Assembly: GCA_017536475.1 (NCBI GenBank)
Contig: JAFXHH010000021.1
Coordinates: 68,431 to 132,430 of the forward strand
Direction of reading: 5' to 3'
DNA: 64,000 bases
Source of the DNA: Clostridia bacterium
GTDB taxonomy: Bacteria > Bacillota > Clostridia > Oscillospirales > CAG-272
Shown here one piece after another: positions 62,718-64,000 of this stretch. Below the pieces are notes generated by a model. The model did no database searches. It saw only the letters and a list, made by a program, of their open reading frames with translations, and had not been told where the DNA came from. Every line of letters starts with the position of its first letter. Within the stretch, counting starts at the first letter, position 1. The position numbers and the translations under genes are program-made.

Positions 62718-63353
62718 TCAGTTAAAAACGGTAAAAGGGGAGAGTCGCATAATTGCTTTGCCGAGAATGCAGTCCTCGTCAACGAAGCTGACGAGATAAG
62801 CGCGCGAGTCGGTCGAGCCGTTTCTGTTGTCGCCCATAGCGAATACCTTTCCCTCGGGAACGGTTGCGATAAACCAAACGCTGCCGTCGCTCTCTTTGTG
62901 AATAAATTCCTTTTGAAAGTCGCTTCTTATCGAGTATTTACCGCCTTTAACGTATGCGTAATCCTCCTCGAGAAGCTTGCCGTCAACGTAGACCTTGCCC
63001 TCGGTAAAATTGATCTTTACCTCCTGACCGCCCATCGCAATAACTCGCTTGACAAGCGGTTGAGTGTAATAGTCGTTTGAAAGGTGGAAAACGATTATGT
63101 CTCCCTGCTTGGGAGTATAGAAAAGATTTGTCGTGATCAGTCTTTCCTCGTGGATCAGAGTCTTGTTCATAGAGTCGCCGTCAACTCTGCAGATCCTGAA
63201 GCAGAAGGTAAATACGAGCAGGACCGCAAGCACGGAGACTGCAAGCACCTCGACGTAGTCGAAGATAGATGCTAAAAAGCCCGGCCCGTTCTTTTTTTGA
63301 TCAGAGGACGCTTCGTTTTGCATGCCCTGATCTATATTAGGTTCATTGTTCAT
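62718..63353 (-). CDS. lepB: Signal peptidase I
   Basis: TM anchor, then VDGDSMNKTL (catalytic Ser) and VKRVIAMGG (catalytic Lys). ATG at 63353 is 6 nt after GGAG; the listed start at 63365 is a TTG. Confidence 0.92.
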   Translation of the reverse strand: MNNEPNIDQGMQNEASSDQKKNGPGFLASIFDYVEVLAVSVLAVLLVFTFCFRICRVDGDSMNKTLIHEERLITTNLFYTPKQGDIIVFHLSNDYYTQPLVKRVIAMGGQEVKINFTEGKVYVDGKLLEEDYAYVKGGKYSIRSDFQKEFIHKESDGSVWFIATVPEGKVFAMGDNRNGSTDSRAYLVSFVDEDCILGKAIMRLSPFTVFN

Positions 63354-63404
63354 AAAAATCTCCAATCCGCCGCGCTGCGCGGCATAAATTGTCCCGCGGC
63401 AAGA

Positions 63405-64000
63405 TTATTTTTCAATAAAAAGCTCCATAAGAGTGTGACCGTGAGGAACGTAAAGTCCCGTTTTTGCCGCCTCGCCCTCGGAGAACGTTGTGCAACCGAC
63501 CTTTTCTTCTTTAGAGGAATAGATCATAAATGGTACGGGGTCGATCGTATGCGTACGCAGACGAGTGGGAGTGGGATGGTCGGGAAGGATCATTATCTTG
63601 AAATCCTCGCCGCAATTTTTCAGATATTCGTAAACGGGAGCAAGAATTTTGCCGTCTATCAGCTCGATAGCGCGCACCTTGTTCTCAACTTCGGCACGGT
63701 GACCGCACTCGTCGGGTCCCTCAACGTGAATATAAACGTAATCAGCACCGTCCTTGAAAGCTGAGATAGCCGCCTGCGCCTTGCCATCGTAGTTGGTATG
63801 TACGTTACCCGTGGCACCCTCAACATCGATAGACTTCATTCCCGCGCAAAGACCGATACCCTTGATAAGATCGACCGCCGAGATGACCGCCGCGTCAAGT
63901 CCCCACTTGTCCTTGAAGGAGGGAAGCGCGGGTTTTTTGCCGGGGCTCCAGAGCCAGATTGAGTTTGCGGGGCGAAGACCGCGTGCGCGGCGAGCTTCGT
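63405..64000 (-). CDS. apgM: Cofactor-independent phosphoglycerate mutase (ApgM-type metalloenzyme), 5' end beyond the window
   Basis: The frame stays open upstream of the listed Met to nt 64000 (...ANSIWLWSPGKKPALPSFKDKWGLDAAVISAVDLIKGIGLCAGM...). C-terminal blocks HVEGPDECGH and LPDHPTP. Confidence 0.85.
   Translation of the reverse strand, partial: EARRARGLRPANSIWLWSPGKKPALPSFKDKWGLDAAVISAVDLIKGIGLCAGMKSIDVEGATGNVHTNYDGKAQAAISAFKDGADYVYIHVEGPDECGHRAEVENKVRAIELIDGKILAPVYEYLKNCGEDFKIMILPDHPTPTRLRTHTIDPVPFMIYSSKEEKVGCTTFSEGEAAKTGLYVPHGHTLMELFIEK

Noticed and set aside
1-64000. Scan for CRISPR arrays, tRNA/rRNA genes, transposases, integrases and known defence-system genes
   Set aside because: - No regularly spaced direct repeats were found.
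- No tRNA-like T-loop sequences (GGTTCGAATCC-type) occur in intergenic regions.
- No ORF has DDE, tyrosine-recombinase or serine-recombinase motifs, or nuclease/ATPase pairs typical of defence islands.
- The palindromic elements are isolated hairpins, not arrays.

Overview
The window looks like a chromosomal segment of a Gram-positive anaerobe, probably class Clostridia. This call rests on gene order and motifs only; no search was possible. Coding density is high and most genes are housekeeping.

Gene content, in order:
- A BspA-like leucine-rich-repeat surface protein, cut by the left edge.
- ylxM-ffh-rpsP-KH.
- An amino-acid ABC transporter.
- A transglutaminase-like envelope protein followed by a non-canonical dlt-like cassette (dltA-dltC-MBOAT-SGNH).
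- The CIRCE-controlled hrcA-grpE-dnaK-dnaJ-prmA operon.
- An Ssu/NMT1-type ABC transporter.
- A NahK-type hexosamine or galactose salvage cluster (nucleotidyltransferase, anomeric kinase, galE, galM).
- murI.
- mcsA-mcsB-clpC.
- A five-gene biotin-dependent Na+ decarboxylase/transcarboxylase operon.
- rsmE, a PucR-family regulator, an S41 protease and greA.
- Several small hypothetical genes.
- fucI with a divergent AraC-family regulator, then tag.
- tig-clpP-clpX.
- thrC, and lepB-rbgA-rnhB-yraN.
- A phosphoglycerate mutase, cut by the right edge.

I found no rRNA, tRNA, CRISPR array, transposase, integrase or recognisable phage-defence gene.

The least ordinary things I can support from the sequence:
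1. An operon that joins a degenerate 12S-like and a 5S/OadA-like carboxyltransferase to one BCCP and one membrane beta subunit.
2. An McsB homologue whose guanidino-kinase signature motifs all appear substituted, in a clpC operon that lacks ctsR.
3. The dlt-like cassette, whose SGNH-like last gene has Cys where the nucleophile Ser is expected.
4. A family of long GC-rich palindromic intergenic elements sharing a GAARGTTTTTG box. Two inverted copies bracket dnaJ-prmA, and a degenerate copy lies in the unusually long, hairpin-rich tig-clpP spacer.

All functional calls are by-eye motif recognition. Coordinates of starts were adjusted where a Shine-Dalgarno sequence supports an internal start.
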